Under the pieces are notes generated by a model, which was not told the origin of the DNA, ran no database searches, and saw nothing but the letters and a program-made list of their open reading frames with translations. A program made the translations under genes and the position numbers. Shown one piece after another: positions 18,790-26,645 of a stretch of 64,000 nucleotides of DNA. The DNA comes from Limisphaerales bacterium (GTDB lineage Bacteria > Verrucomicrobiota > Verrucomicrobiia > Limisphaerales > SXTU01), in contig WRPG01000003.1 of the NCBI GenBank assembly GCA_009773355.1, forward strand, positions 105,628 to 169,627, written 5' to 3'. Each line of letters begins with the position of its first letter. Position 1 is the first letter of the stretch.

Positions 18790-19209
18790 TCAGGCGTGCG
18801 CGTGACGCGCAATGAACTTGGTCTTGATGGGCATCTTGGTGGCCGCCAGGCGCATCGCCTCGCGGGCCATCACCTCGGGGATGCCGTCCACTTCAAACAG
18901 CACGTTGGCGGGACGGATGACCGCGACCCAGCCCTCGACGCCGCCCTTGCCGGTGCCCATGCGGACTTCGAGGGGCTTCTTGGTGAACGACTTGTCCGGA
19001 AAAACGCGGATCCACATCTTGCCGCGGCGCTTCATGTGACGGGAAATCGCCACGCGGCAGGCCTCGATGACCTTGTTGTCCAGCCAGCAGCGCTCGAGCG
19101 CCATCAGGCCATACTCGCCAAACGCCACGGTGTTGCCGCGCGTGGCCAGGCCACGACGCGCACCACGGTGCATCTTGCGATACTTCACTCTTGCGGGCAT
19201 CATCGCCAT
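18790..19209 (-). CDS. rplP: 50S ribosomal protein L16
   Basis: [18 protein letters not shown]... is canonical L16. Confidence 0.96.
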   Translation of the reverse strand: MAMMPARVKYRKMHRGARRGLATRGNTVAFGEYGLMALERCWLDNKVIEACRVAISRHMKRRGKMWIRVFPDKSFTKKPLEVRMGTGKGGVEGWVAVIRPANVLFEVDGIPEVMAREAMRLAATKMPIKTKFIARHAHA

Positions 19210-19230
19210 ATCGTGTCCTCAGTCTGAAAG

Positions 19231-19917
19231 TTAATTGCCGTTGGCCGGGGCCGGTGCGGGAGCAGGCGCGGAAGCCTTCGCCTCCTTGTCCTTCGGCTCC
19301 TCTTTGCAGATCCAGCACTTCACGCCGAGCTTCCCATACATCGTCTTCGCTTCCGCGAAGCCGTAATCAATGTTCGCGCGCAGCGTGTGCAGCGGGACGC
19401 TGCCTTCGAGATACTTTTCCACGCGGGCGATTTCCGCGCCGCCGAGACGGCCCGCGCAGCGCACGCGGATGCCCTGCACGCCCGCCATCTGCATGGCGGT
19501 CTGCACGGCCTTCTTCATCGCGCGGCGGAACGAGACGCGGCGCTCAAGCTGGAGCGCGATGTTCTCCGCGACGAGCTGGGCGTCGGCCTCCGGGGACTTC
19601 ACCTCGATGATGTCCACGTAGACTTCCTTGCCCGTCATCTTGCTCAACTCCTCCTTGAGCTTGTCAATCTCCGCGCCTTTGCGACCGATCACAACGCCGG
19701 GACGGGCCGTGTAAATGGTGATGCGGCAGCGGTTGGCGGCGCGCTCGATGCCGATGCGCGGCACGGAGGCGGATTCGAGCTTCTTCTTGAGAATCTCGCG
19801 AATCTTGTAGTCCTCGGTCAGCAGCGTGCCGAAGCCCTTCTTGTCGGAATACCACTTCGAGCGCCAGTCCTTGTTGACCGCGACGCGAAGGCCGATGGGA
19901 TTGGATTTTTGGCCCAT
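19231..19917 (-). CDS. rpsC: 30S ribosomal protein S3 (with Ala/Pro-rich C-terminal tail)
   Basis: [23 protein letters not shown]... is canonical S3. Confidence 0.96.
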   Translation of the reverse strand: MGQKSNPIGLRVAVNKDWRSKWYSDKKGFGTLLTEDYKIREILKKKLESASVPRIGIERAANRCRITIYTARPGVVIGRKGAEIDKLKEELSKMTGKEVYVDIIEVKSPEADAQLVAENIALQLERRVSFRRAMKKAVQTAMQMAGVQGIRVRCAGRLGGAEIARVEKYLEGSVPLHTLRANIDYGFAEAKTMYGKLGVKCWICKEEPKDKEAKASAPAPAPAPANGN

Positions 19918-19918
19918 A

Positions 19919-20254
19919 CTATTGCAGGTCGGAAAGGATGATTTTGATGTGGCTGTTCCGCTTGATGATGGGGCCGGCGGAACCGCGCGCCTTCGGCGTG
20001 AAACGCTTCAAACGGCCGGCGGTCAGCGCCAGCGCCTCGCGCACGACGAGGTTCTCGGCCTTGAGGCCGTTGTTGTTCTCGGCGTTGGCGATGGCGGAGT
20101 TGAGCGTCTTGGCGACGGCCCGCGCGGACTTGCGGGGGATGACCGCCAGGACGTGCCGCGCCTGGAGCGCCGGGAGACCCTGAATCTGGCGCACGACCTC
20201 GCGCACCTTCTGGGGCGACATCCGGAAGTTTTTGAGAAAGGCTTGGACTTCCAT
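19919..20254 (-). CDS. rplV: 50S ribosomal protein L22 (111 aa from ATG 20254; track ORF over-extended to 20647)
   Basis: [21 protein letters not shown]... is canonical L22. The start lies 3 nt downstream of the rpsS stop, and the upstream part of the track ORF overlaps rpsS. Confidence 0.93.
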   Translation of the reverse strand: MEVQAFLKNFRMSPQKVREVVRQIQGLPALQARHVLAVIPRKSARAVAKTLNSAIANAENNNGLKAENLVVREALALTAGRLKRFTPKARGSAGPIIKRNSHIKIILSDLQ

Positions 20255-20256
20255 AA

Positions 20257-20538
20257 CTACTTGGCCTCCGCCTTGGCGGTGTGAGCGCCGTGCTTCTTGA
20301 AGATGCGGGTGAGCGAGAATTCGCCCAGTTTGTGCCCGACCATGTTCTCCGTCACGAACACCGGCAGAAATTGCTTCCCGTTGTGGACGTTGAACGTCAG
20401 CCCGATGAAGTCCGGGGTGATCGTCGAACGGCGCGACCATGTCTTGATCGGCGTCTTCAAGTTGACCGCCTTGGCCTTGACGATCTTGTCCATCAAGCTC
20501 GCCTCGACGAAGGCACCTTTTTTGATTGAGCGTCCCAT
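20257..20538 (-). CDS. rpsS: 30S ribosomal protein S19
   Basis: [15 protein letters not shown]...[13 protein letters not shown] is canonical S19. Confidence 0.96.
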   Translation of the reverse strand: MGRSIKKGAFVEASLMDKIVKAKAVNLKTPIKTWSRRSTITPDFIGLTFNVHNGKQFLPVFVTENMVGHKLGEFSLTRIFKKHGAHTAKAEAK

Positions 20539-20544
20539 AGTCTC

Positions 20545-21399
20545 TTACTGTTGCTTCATTGGGCGGCCATCGCGGCGGACCACGATGAACCGGTTGGAAT
20601 CCTTGGTCTTGATGCGGGTGCGGTAGCCCTTCGCCAGCAGGCCCCACGGGGACGTGAGCTGCTGCCAGCCACCACCGGACTTCGCCTTGCCCTGGCCGCC
20701 ACCGTTCGGATGGTCAACGGGGTTGCGGGCGACGCCGCGGGAAATCGGGCGGATGCCGCGATGACGGCTGCGACCGGCCTTGCCGAGGACGACGTTCTCG
20801 TGCTCGGTGTTGCCGACCTGGCCGATGGTCGCGTAGCACTCCGCATTGACCTTCCGGATTTCTCCCGAAGGCAGGCGAAGCTGCGCGTAGCCCTCGTCCA
20901 CCGACATCAGCGTCGCGGCGGAACCGGCGGAACGAACCATCTGTGCACCCCGGCCCGGCTTGATTTCAATCGCGTGAATCGGCAGGCCGACGGGCACGGT
21001 CTTGAGCTGGACGCAGTTGCCCACATCTGGCGGCGCGGTCGGACCGGAAACGATCTTTGCCCCGACCTTGAGGCCGACCGGCGCGATAATGTAGCGCTTC
21101 TCACCGTCCTTGTAGGTGAGCAGGGCCAGGCGCGCGGTGCGGATGGGATCGTATTCGATGGCCGAGACTTCCGCCTCGATGCCGTGCTTGTTCCGCTTGA
21201 AATCCACCAGGCGAATCTTCTGCTTGTGGCCGCCACCAATGCCGCGCGCGGTCACGCGTCCATGCGTGTTGCGACCGCCCGTCTTCTTGCGAATGACGAC
21301 GAGGCTCTTCTCGGGCTTCTGCTTCGTGATGTCGCTGTAGTCCGAGATCGTGATGTATCTCGTGGACGGCGTCAGCGGGCGGAATGTCTTGACGGGCAT
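20545..21399 (-). CDS. rplB: 50S ribosomal protein L2
   Basis: 284 aa. MPVKTFRPLTPSTRY... and ...NPVDHPNGGGQGK are canonical L2. Confidence 0.96.
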   Translation of the reverse strand: MPVKTFRPLTPSTRYITISDYSDITKQKPEKSLVVIRKKTGGRNTHGRVTARGIGGGHKQKIRLVDFKRNKHGIEAEVSAIEYDPIRTARLALLTYKDGEKRYIIAPVGLKVGAKIVSGPTAPPDVGNCVQLKTVPVGLPIHAIEIKPGRGAQMVRSAGSAATLMSVDEGYAQLRLPSGEIRKVNAECYATIGQVGNTEHENVVLGKAGRSRHRGIRPISRGVARNPVDHPNGGGQGKAKSGGGWQQLTSPWGLLAKGYRTRIKTKDSNRFIVVRRDGRPMKQQ

Positions 21400-21408
21400 G
21401 GCGGGAAA

Positions 21409-21690
21409 TTAGGTGAGGTTGATCTTGTCGCCATCCTTGAGGGTAATGATGGCCTTCTTCCAGTGCTCGCTACGACCGGCGTGCTTGGTGCTCTGGCGGC
21501 GGGCCTTGCCCCGGACGTTCGAGGTGTTGACCGCGACGACCTTGACCTTGAACAGCTCTTCCACGGCCTTGCGAATCTCAATCTTGTTCGCGCGGCGGTC
21601 GGCCACCACGGTGTATTGGTTGAACCGCTCGGCCTGCATTGCGCCCTTCTCGCTGATGCGCACCGTCTTGATGATGTCGAAGGAATTCAT
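21409..21690 (-). CDS. rplW: 50S ribosomal protein L23
   Basis: 93 aa. ...YTVVADRRANKIEIRKAVEELFKVKVVAVNT... is canonical L23. Confidence 0.95.
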   Translation of the reverse strand: MNSFDIIKTVRISEKGAMQAERFNQYTVVADRRANKIEIRKAVEELFKVKVVAVNTSNVRGKARRQSTKHAGRSEHWKKAIITLKDGDKINLT

Positions 21691-21695
21691 GGCGG

Positions 21696-22322
21696 TTACT
21701 TGTCGGAGAGCCGGAGGGCGACCTTCTCCAAGGCGGCCTTGGTGAAGACGAGCTTGTCGCAGAGCAGCGTGTCGTAGGTGTTGAGCTTCTCGCCGGAGGT
21801 CAGCTCGACGTTGGGCACGTTGCGCGAGGCGATGGCAAGATTCTTGTCGCCGGTGGCAACGAGCATCACGGTGCGGCCGCTCAGCTTGAGCGAGCCGAGC
21901 GTGGCGATGAACTCCTTGGTCTTGTGCGTGGCGAGCTTGAAGTCGTCCACGACCACCACGTCACCGGCCTTGAGGCGTTCGCTGAGCGCCTTGCGGAGCG
22001 CGAGCGCGCGGACCTTCTTGTTGACCTTCTTCGTGAAATCACGCGGCAGCGGACCGAACACCACACCACCACCGGGCCACAACGGAGACTGCGTGGAACC
22101 GGCGCGGGCGCGACCGGTGCCCTTCTGACGCCACGGCTTCTTGTTCGTGCCGGCCACTTCGCCGACGCGCTTCGCACAGGCGGTGCCGCTGCGTTGCGCG
22201 GCGTTGTAAGCGACGACGGCGTCATGCACTGCCTGGGTGCCGCGGCCATTCTCAATCAGCTCGAAGCCGACCTCGACCTCGCCCTGGCTGTTGCCCTTGT
22301 TGTCCAAAATGGGGAGTTTCAT
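21696..22322 (-). CDS. rplD: 50S ribosomal protein L4
   Basis: 208 aa. ...KKPWRQKGTGRARAGS..SPLW.GGG..FGP is canonical L4. Confidence 0.95.
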   Translation of the reverse strand: MKLPILDNKGNSQGEVEVGFELIENGRGTQAVHDAVVAYNAAQRSGTACAKRVGEVAGTNKKPWRQKGTGRARAGSTQSPLWPGGGVVFGPLPRDFTKKVNKKVRALALRKALSERLKAGDVVVVDDFKLATHKTKEFIATLGSLKLSGRTVMLVATGDKNLAIASRNVPNVELTSGEKLNTYDTLLCDKLVFTKAALEKVALRLSDK

Positions 22323-22331
22323 GACTCAGTC

Positions 22332-23066
22332 CTACTTCTTCTTGGCGGCGGCTTCCTTCTTGCCCTTCGCGATGGCCTCGGCCCGGGCCGCAGCCGCCTT
22401 CGCGGCCTCCTCGCGGTCCTTGCGGGCCTGCACGATGGGATACTTCTTGGCCTCGCGAATCACGACATAGTCGCCTTCGGAGCCGGGGATGGAGCCTTTG
22501 ATGAGGAGAAGATTGTCGTCCTTGCGCACCTGAATGACTTCCAGGTTCTGCGTGGTGCGGCGCTGCTGGCCCATGTGACCGGGCATCTTCATGCCGCGCA
22601 TGACCGTGCCAGGGAACAGGCGCTGGCCGATGGCACCTGAGCGGCGCTTCCAGCCTTTGCAGCCGTGGGTCGCGTCGCCACCGGCGAAGGCCCAACGACC
22701 AACGACGCCCTCGAAGCCGCGACCCTTGGTCGTGCCGATGGCGTCCACGAAATCACCGACCGCGAAAATGTCCGGCCCGACGATGTCGCCCGGCTTGACC
22801 GTCAGCGCGAAGTCACGGAATTCCTTGATGCGCTTCACCGGCGCGCCCTTGTGCTTGGTGACGTGACCGAGGACCGCCTTGGTGAGGCGCTGCGCCTTCT
22901 GGTCGTCGAAGCCGAGCTGGACGGCGTTGTAGCCGTCCTTGCCGTCCTTGGCCTTGACCTGCAGGACGCGGTTCGGACCCGCGAGCACTACGGTCACGGC
23001 GATGGCGTTGCCGCTCGCGTCATACACGCGCGTGTGGCCGAGTTTTTTTCCGAGCAAGCCAATCAT
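22332..23066 (-). CDS. rplC: 50S ribosomal protein L3 (with Lys/Ala-rich C-terminal extension)
   Basis: MIGLLGKKLGHTRVYD... is canonical L3. The tail is AKAAAARAEAIAKGKKEAAAKKK. Confidence 0.95.
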   Translation of the reverse strand: MIGLLGKKLGHTRVYDASGNAIAVTVVLAGPNRVLQVKAKDGKDGYNAVQLGFDDQKAQRLTKAVLGHVTKHKGAPVKRIKEFRDFALTVKPGDIVGPDIFAVGDFVDAIGTTKGRGFEGVVGRWAFAGGDATHGCKGWKRRSGAIGQRLFPGTVMRGMKMPGHMGQQRRTTQNLEVIQVRKDDNLLLIKGSIPGSEGDYVVIREAKKYPIVQARKDREEAAKAAAARAEAIAKGKKEAAAKKK

Positions 23067-23072
23067 AGGAAG

Positions 23073-23381
23073 TTAAATCTTAATGGTGATGTCAACCCCC
23101 GCCGGCAGGTTGAGCTTCTTCAACTCGTCCACGGTCTTGGCGGTGGGGTCGAGGATGTCGAGCAGCCGCTTGTGCGTGCGCTGCTCGAAGGTCTCCTGCG
23201 ATTTCTTGTCGGCGTGGGGGGAGCGGAGCACCGTGAGGCGCTCGACGCGGGTGGGAAGGGGGATGGGGCCGGCGACCCGGGCACCGGAGCGCTTGACCGT
23301 CTCCACGATGTCGTGGGCCGACTGGTCAATGACCCGGTGGTCGTAAGCCTTGAGGCGAATGCGAATGCGTTGTCCAGCCAT
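23073..23381 (-). CDS. rpsJ: 30S ribosomal protein S10
   Basis: [22 protein letters not shown]... is canonical S10. First gene of the cluster. Confidence 0.96.
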   Translation of the reverse strand: MAGQRIRIRLKAYDHRVIDQSAHDIVETVKRSGARVAGPIPLPTRVERLTVLRSPHADKKSQETFEQRTHKRLLDILDPTAKTVDELKKLNLPAGVDITIKI

Positions 23382-23544
23382 ACAAAGAACAAGAGTTGAA
23401 AACCTAGGCGCGCTCGGCGCTGTCGCGTGCCCCCGCCGACTCCGCGAGTCGGCCCAGCGCGCTCATCATTTCACGAATTGTTTGACTGCTCGTCACTGAG
23501 TTTTCGTTTTACCCTCGCCGTGTTCACCCGACGAAAGGGCGGGC

Positions 23545-23572
23545 AAAATAGCAGTCTGCGTTTTCAGTGCAA
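23545..23572 (-). promoter_or_regulatory. Candidate sigma-70 promoter of the S10 operon
   Basis: Minus strand reads TTGCAC (23572-23567), a 16-nt spacer, then TATTTT (23550-23545), preceded by the A-rich stretch GGAAAAAATG. It lies about 165 nt upstream of rpsJ. Motif match only. Confidence 0.35.
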
Positions 23573-23935
23573 CATTTTTTCCAAACTTTTTTACCGAGTA
23601 AGCCCTTGGCGTGACAAAAATCCAAAGGAACCGCGCCTGCGCCGCCATCTGCGCTGCTCAAAGGCGGTCGCGTTTCGATTTTTTCCTATGCTTCCCACCA
23701 GAAAACGGAGCGCGCAGGTTCTGTCAACCCGGGTCGCGTGCCGCTCGATGAAATCACTCCAGCTTGTCGCAGGCCTGGCCGTCGCCACGACGTTGAGCAC
23801 CTCGTAATCCACGCCGCGCGCATCGAGCCAATCCTGTGCCTTCGAGCACTCCGAGCAATAGGGCGATGAAGCGGCGGACGCGTGTGGGTTTCTTGGGGCG
23901 TGCTATGAGCCGGCTCACGCAGCACGCAACACGAA

Positions 23936-24313
23936 TCACGTCTCTGTGATGAACGTGTCCTGATGCTCGTAGCACGGGGCGCAGCAGCAGAGCAGGCGCA
24001 GCACCTCGGCACCCGTGTTCCAGAGCTTGTGCTTGCGGCCCGGCGGGATGGCCACGGCGTCGCCGGCGCGAACCTCGCGCTCCTCGGCCTCGATGCGCAT
24101 CCGGCCCGTGCCGTGGGTGATGTAGTAAATCTCCTCCGACTTCGCATGGTAGTGCTCCATCGTGCTGCCGCCCACCGGCACGCGCGCCTCGGCGAGCGAC
24201 TGGTGGCGGATGCCGGAGTTGCGATACGCCAGCAGCTCGCGGATTTCAGAGCCGTCCTTCGTGGTGAAGGCCGGGACGGAGTCGAGATTAAGAACGTCCA
24301 TAACCGAGGCCAC
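23936..24313 (-). CDS. Cupin domain protein
   Basis: 125 aa with the HYH..SEEIYYI..G.G.M......V..GD...IPPG..H...N two-motif cupin signature. Confidence 0.8.
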   Translation of the reverse strand: MASVMDVLNLDSVPAFTTKDGSEIRELLAYRNSGIRHQSLAEARVPVGGSTMEHYHAKSEEIYYITHGTGRMRIEAEEREVRAGDAVAIPPGRKHKLWNTGAEVLRLLCCCAPCYEHQDTFITET

Positions 24314-24352
24314 GATGCGGTCAGCGGAGCCTCAAGGCAACGGCGGAGATTG

Positions 24353-24513
24353 GCCGCGAGAGGGCGCAAAGCACACAGAGGAAGGCAACTTCCAACTTTC
24401 AACGTCCAACGCTCAACCTTGAACGAACGCCGCTCTGGACGTTGGAAGTTGAAAGTTGAGCGTTGGACGTTTCCCCACTTTTCCTCAGTGCGACCTCTGC
24501 GCCCTTTCGCGGC
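24353..24513. repeat. Composite palindromic REP-like element (GCCGCGAgAGGGCGCAAAG ... CTCTGCGCCCTTTCGCGGC termini, 7-nt-periodic CAACnnn core)
   Basis: Read directly. The outer arms are reverse complements. The inner arms are built from heptamers (CAACTTC CAACTTT CAACGTC CAACGCT / GTTGGAA GTTGAAA GTTGAGC GTTGGAC). Confidence 0.8.
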
Positions 24514-24520
24514 AAATTAC

Positions 24521-25447
24521 TCACTCATTCGGCGTCGGGCTTGGCTCGTTCGCCGCCGGACGCCAGCGCCACTGGCCCAGCACCACGCCCGCAATCACGA
24601 GGCTCATCGCCACCCAGAACGTGCCGGTCACCGGCTCGCCGAGCAGCAGCCACGCCCAGATCATCGTGCTGGCGGGGATGAGGTTGCCGAACATGAAGAC
24701 CTGGCTCACCGGCCAGTGCCGCAGCGCGTTGTTGTAGAGCGCGAAGGCGATGACGCCGCCGAAGATGGTGCAATACGCCTGCACGCCGAGCAGCGGCCAG
24801 GTGAAGGCCAGTTGCCCCCGTGCCACCTCCCACGCCGCGCCCGGCGTGAGCCACGCCGCCGCGCGCCACATCGTGGCGGACGTGATCTCCGCGCCGCTCA
24901 GGGTTTGCGCCAGCTCGCGGCATTGGCGGCCGTAAATCGTCCACAGGAAGCTCGCGCCCAGGGCCAGCAGGTCACCGCGCCAGTCGCCGCCGCCGGCCTG
25001 CAGCTTCGGCCAGAACAGAATCACCAGCCCGCTCAACGCCAGTGCCGCCGCACCGTAACGGCGCAGCGAATCCAAACTCGCGCGCGGCCCGCCCTCCGCC
25101 AGCAGCGCCCACACCGGCGACGTGCCGAGGTAGAGCGCGACATGCGACGCCGACGTGAACTGGAGCGACACCGTGAACGCCACGACATACACCGCGAGCG
25201 TGAAGCCGGAGCGCCGCCAGACGCTGCGCCGCAGCTCGGGCGTCATCGCGTGCGTCGCGCCGAACCAGTCCGTCCACCGCAGCAGCACGTAGAAGATGGC
25301 CCCGACGCACCACATGCGGCTGCACGCGATCCACACCGGCGGCCACGACTGCACGAGATACTTCACGCCCGTGTTGTTCGCGCCCCAGAAGAGGATGCAG
25401 CAGAACAGCCCGGCGGCGATGGTGGTGTGGTTGCGGGTGGTGAACAC
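24521..25447 (-). CDS. DMT superfamily (EamA-like) transporter
   Basis: 308 aa with about ten hydrophobic helices and a duplicated EamA-like organisation. Confidence 0.75.
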   Translation of the reverse strand: MFTTRNHTTIAAGLFCCILFWGANNTGVKYLVQSWPPVWIACSRMWCVGAIFYVLLRWTDWFGATHAMTPELRRSVWRRSGFTLAVYVVAFTVSLQFTSASHVALYLGTSPVWALLAEGGPRASLDSLRRYGAAALALSGLVILFWPKLQAGGGDWRGDLLALGASFLWTIYGRQCRELAQTLSGAEITSATMWRAAAWLTPGAAWEVARGQLAFTWPLLGVQAYCTIFGGVIAFALYNNALRHWPVSQVFMFGNLIPASTMIWAWLLLGEPVTGTFWVAMSLVIAGVVLGQWRWRPAANEPSPTPNE

Positions 25448-25455
25448 GATTCAAT

Positions 25456-25525
25456 GGCCGCGAAAGGGCGCAAAGAACACAAAGTAGGATGCCTTTTCCT
25501 TTGCGCTCTCTGCGCCCTTTCGCGG
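25456..25525. repeat. REP-like palindrome, GCCGCGAAAGGGCGC family
   Basis: GCCGCGAAAGGGCGCAAAGAACACAAAG ... CTTTGCGCTCTCTGCGCCCTTTCGCGGC. The terminal 15 nt are perfect reverse complements. Confidence 0.8.
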
Positions 25526-25538
25526 CTAGGAAATGGGG

Positions 25539-26468
25539 CTATGTCGAAAGCGCCTTCACCGTGGCTTCAAGACTCGCGCAGTCGGCGACGTTGAGGACTT
25601 GGGCGGTCTTGTCGATCCGCTTCATGAAGCCGGTCAGCGCGGTGCCGGGGCCAAGCTCGATGAAGCGCGTGAAACCCTGCGCGAGCAAGGTGCGAACGGA
25701 CTCCTCCCAGCGCACGGAGCCGGTGACTTGGGCGACGACCGTGTCCACGATGGACGCGGGCACACCGTGCGGCTGGGCGGTGACATTCGCGATGACCGGC
25801 ACCGTCGGCGCAACGAGCGTGATGGCCGCGAGCGCCTCGCGAAGCTTGGGCTGCGCGCTGGCCATGAGGCGGGAGTGATACGCGCCGGCCACCGTGAGCG
25901 GCAACGCGCGCTTGGCTCCATGCGCCTTCGCCAGCTCGCAGGCCTTTGTGATTTTGTCTGCTTCGCCGGAGATGACGAGCTGGCCGGGGCAGTTGAGGTT
26001 CGCGAGTTCCACGCCCGCCTCGGTGCAGACCTCGCGCGTCGGGCCTTCGTCGAGGCCGATGATGGCGGCCATGCCGCCCTTGGTCGCCTCGCAGGCTTCC
26101 TGCATGAAGCGACCGCGCAACCGCACCACGCGCAGGCCGTCCTCGAAGCTCATCGCGCCCGCCGCCGTCAGCGCCGTGAACTCGCCGAGCGAGAGACCCG
26201 CCGTCGCCTCGAACTTCAAGCCCGGCACGCGGGCCTTGAGCAATTCCAACGCGACCCAGCTCACGAGGAAGATGCCCGGCTGCGCGTTTTCGGTCTTGGT
26301 CAGCTCCGCTTCGGGGCCGTTGAAGCACACGCCCGCGAGGTCGTAGCCGAGCGCGGCGTTGGCGCGGTCGAACAGCGCCTGCGCGGCGGGGAACGCGGCG
26401 GCCAGGTCCTTGCCCATGCCGACAGCCTGCGCGCCCTGACCCGCGAACAACAAAGCGGTCTTACTCAT
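25539..26468 (-). CDS. fabD: Malonyl CoA-ACP transacylase (309 aa from ATG 26468)
   Basis: MSKTALLFAGQGAQAVGMGKDL... plus the GLSLGEFTAL active-site motif. The longer track ORF (to 26585) starts inside a REP element. Confidence 0.92.
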   Translation of the reverse strand: MSKTALLFAGQGAQAVGMGKDLAAAFPAAQALFDRANAALGYDLAGVCFNGPEAELTKTENAQPGIFLVSWVALELLKARVPGLKFEATAGLSLGEFTALTAAGAMSFEDGLRVVRLRGRFMQEACEATKGGMAAIIGLDEGPTREVCTEAGVELANLNCPGQLVISGEADKITKACELAKAHGAKRALPLTVAGAYHSRLMASAQPKLREALAAITLVAPTVPVIANVTAQPHGVPASIVDTVVAQVTGSVRWEESVRTLLAQGFTRFIELGPGTALTGFMKRIDKTAQVLNVADCASLEATVKALST

Positions 26469-26545
26469 AAAGTCCGGCGAGTCAACACGACGGGCAGGGC
26501 TTTGAAAAGCGTTTGGTGGGTTCGACTTTGTCGAGCGCGCCTCAC

Positions 26546-26639
26546 GTAGGTCAGTGCGTCCCGCCTGACCTCCATCTGGATTCATTCCGCTTGAGCGGGC
26601 ACTGAGAGTCAGAGGGACAGGCGGGACGCGCTGTCCTAC
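26546..26639. repeat. Inverted pair of GTAGGnCAG-hairpin REP-like units
   Basis: GTAGGTCAGTGCGTCCCGCCTGACC (26546-26570) and the reverse complement of GTAGGACAGCGCGTCCCGCCTGTCC (26615-26639). Each has an internal 6-bp stem. Confidence 0.7.
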
Positions 26640-26645
26640 TTCGGC

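Noticed and set aside
23427-23807. 126-aa plus-strand ORF in the rpsJ upstream region
   Set aside because: The translation is basic and low-complexity with no start context. The region is better explained as the S10 leader/promoter plus a decayed gene remnant.
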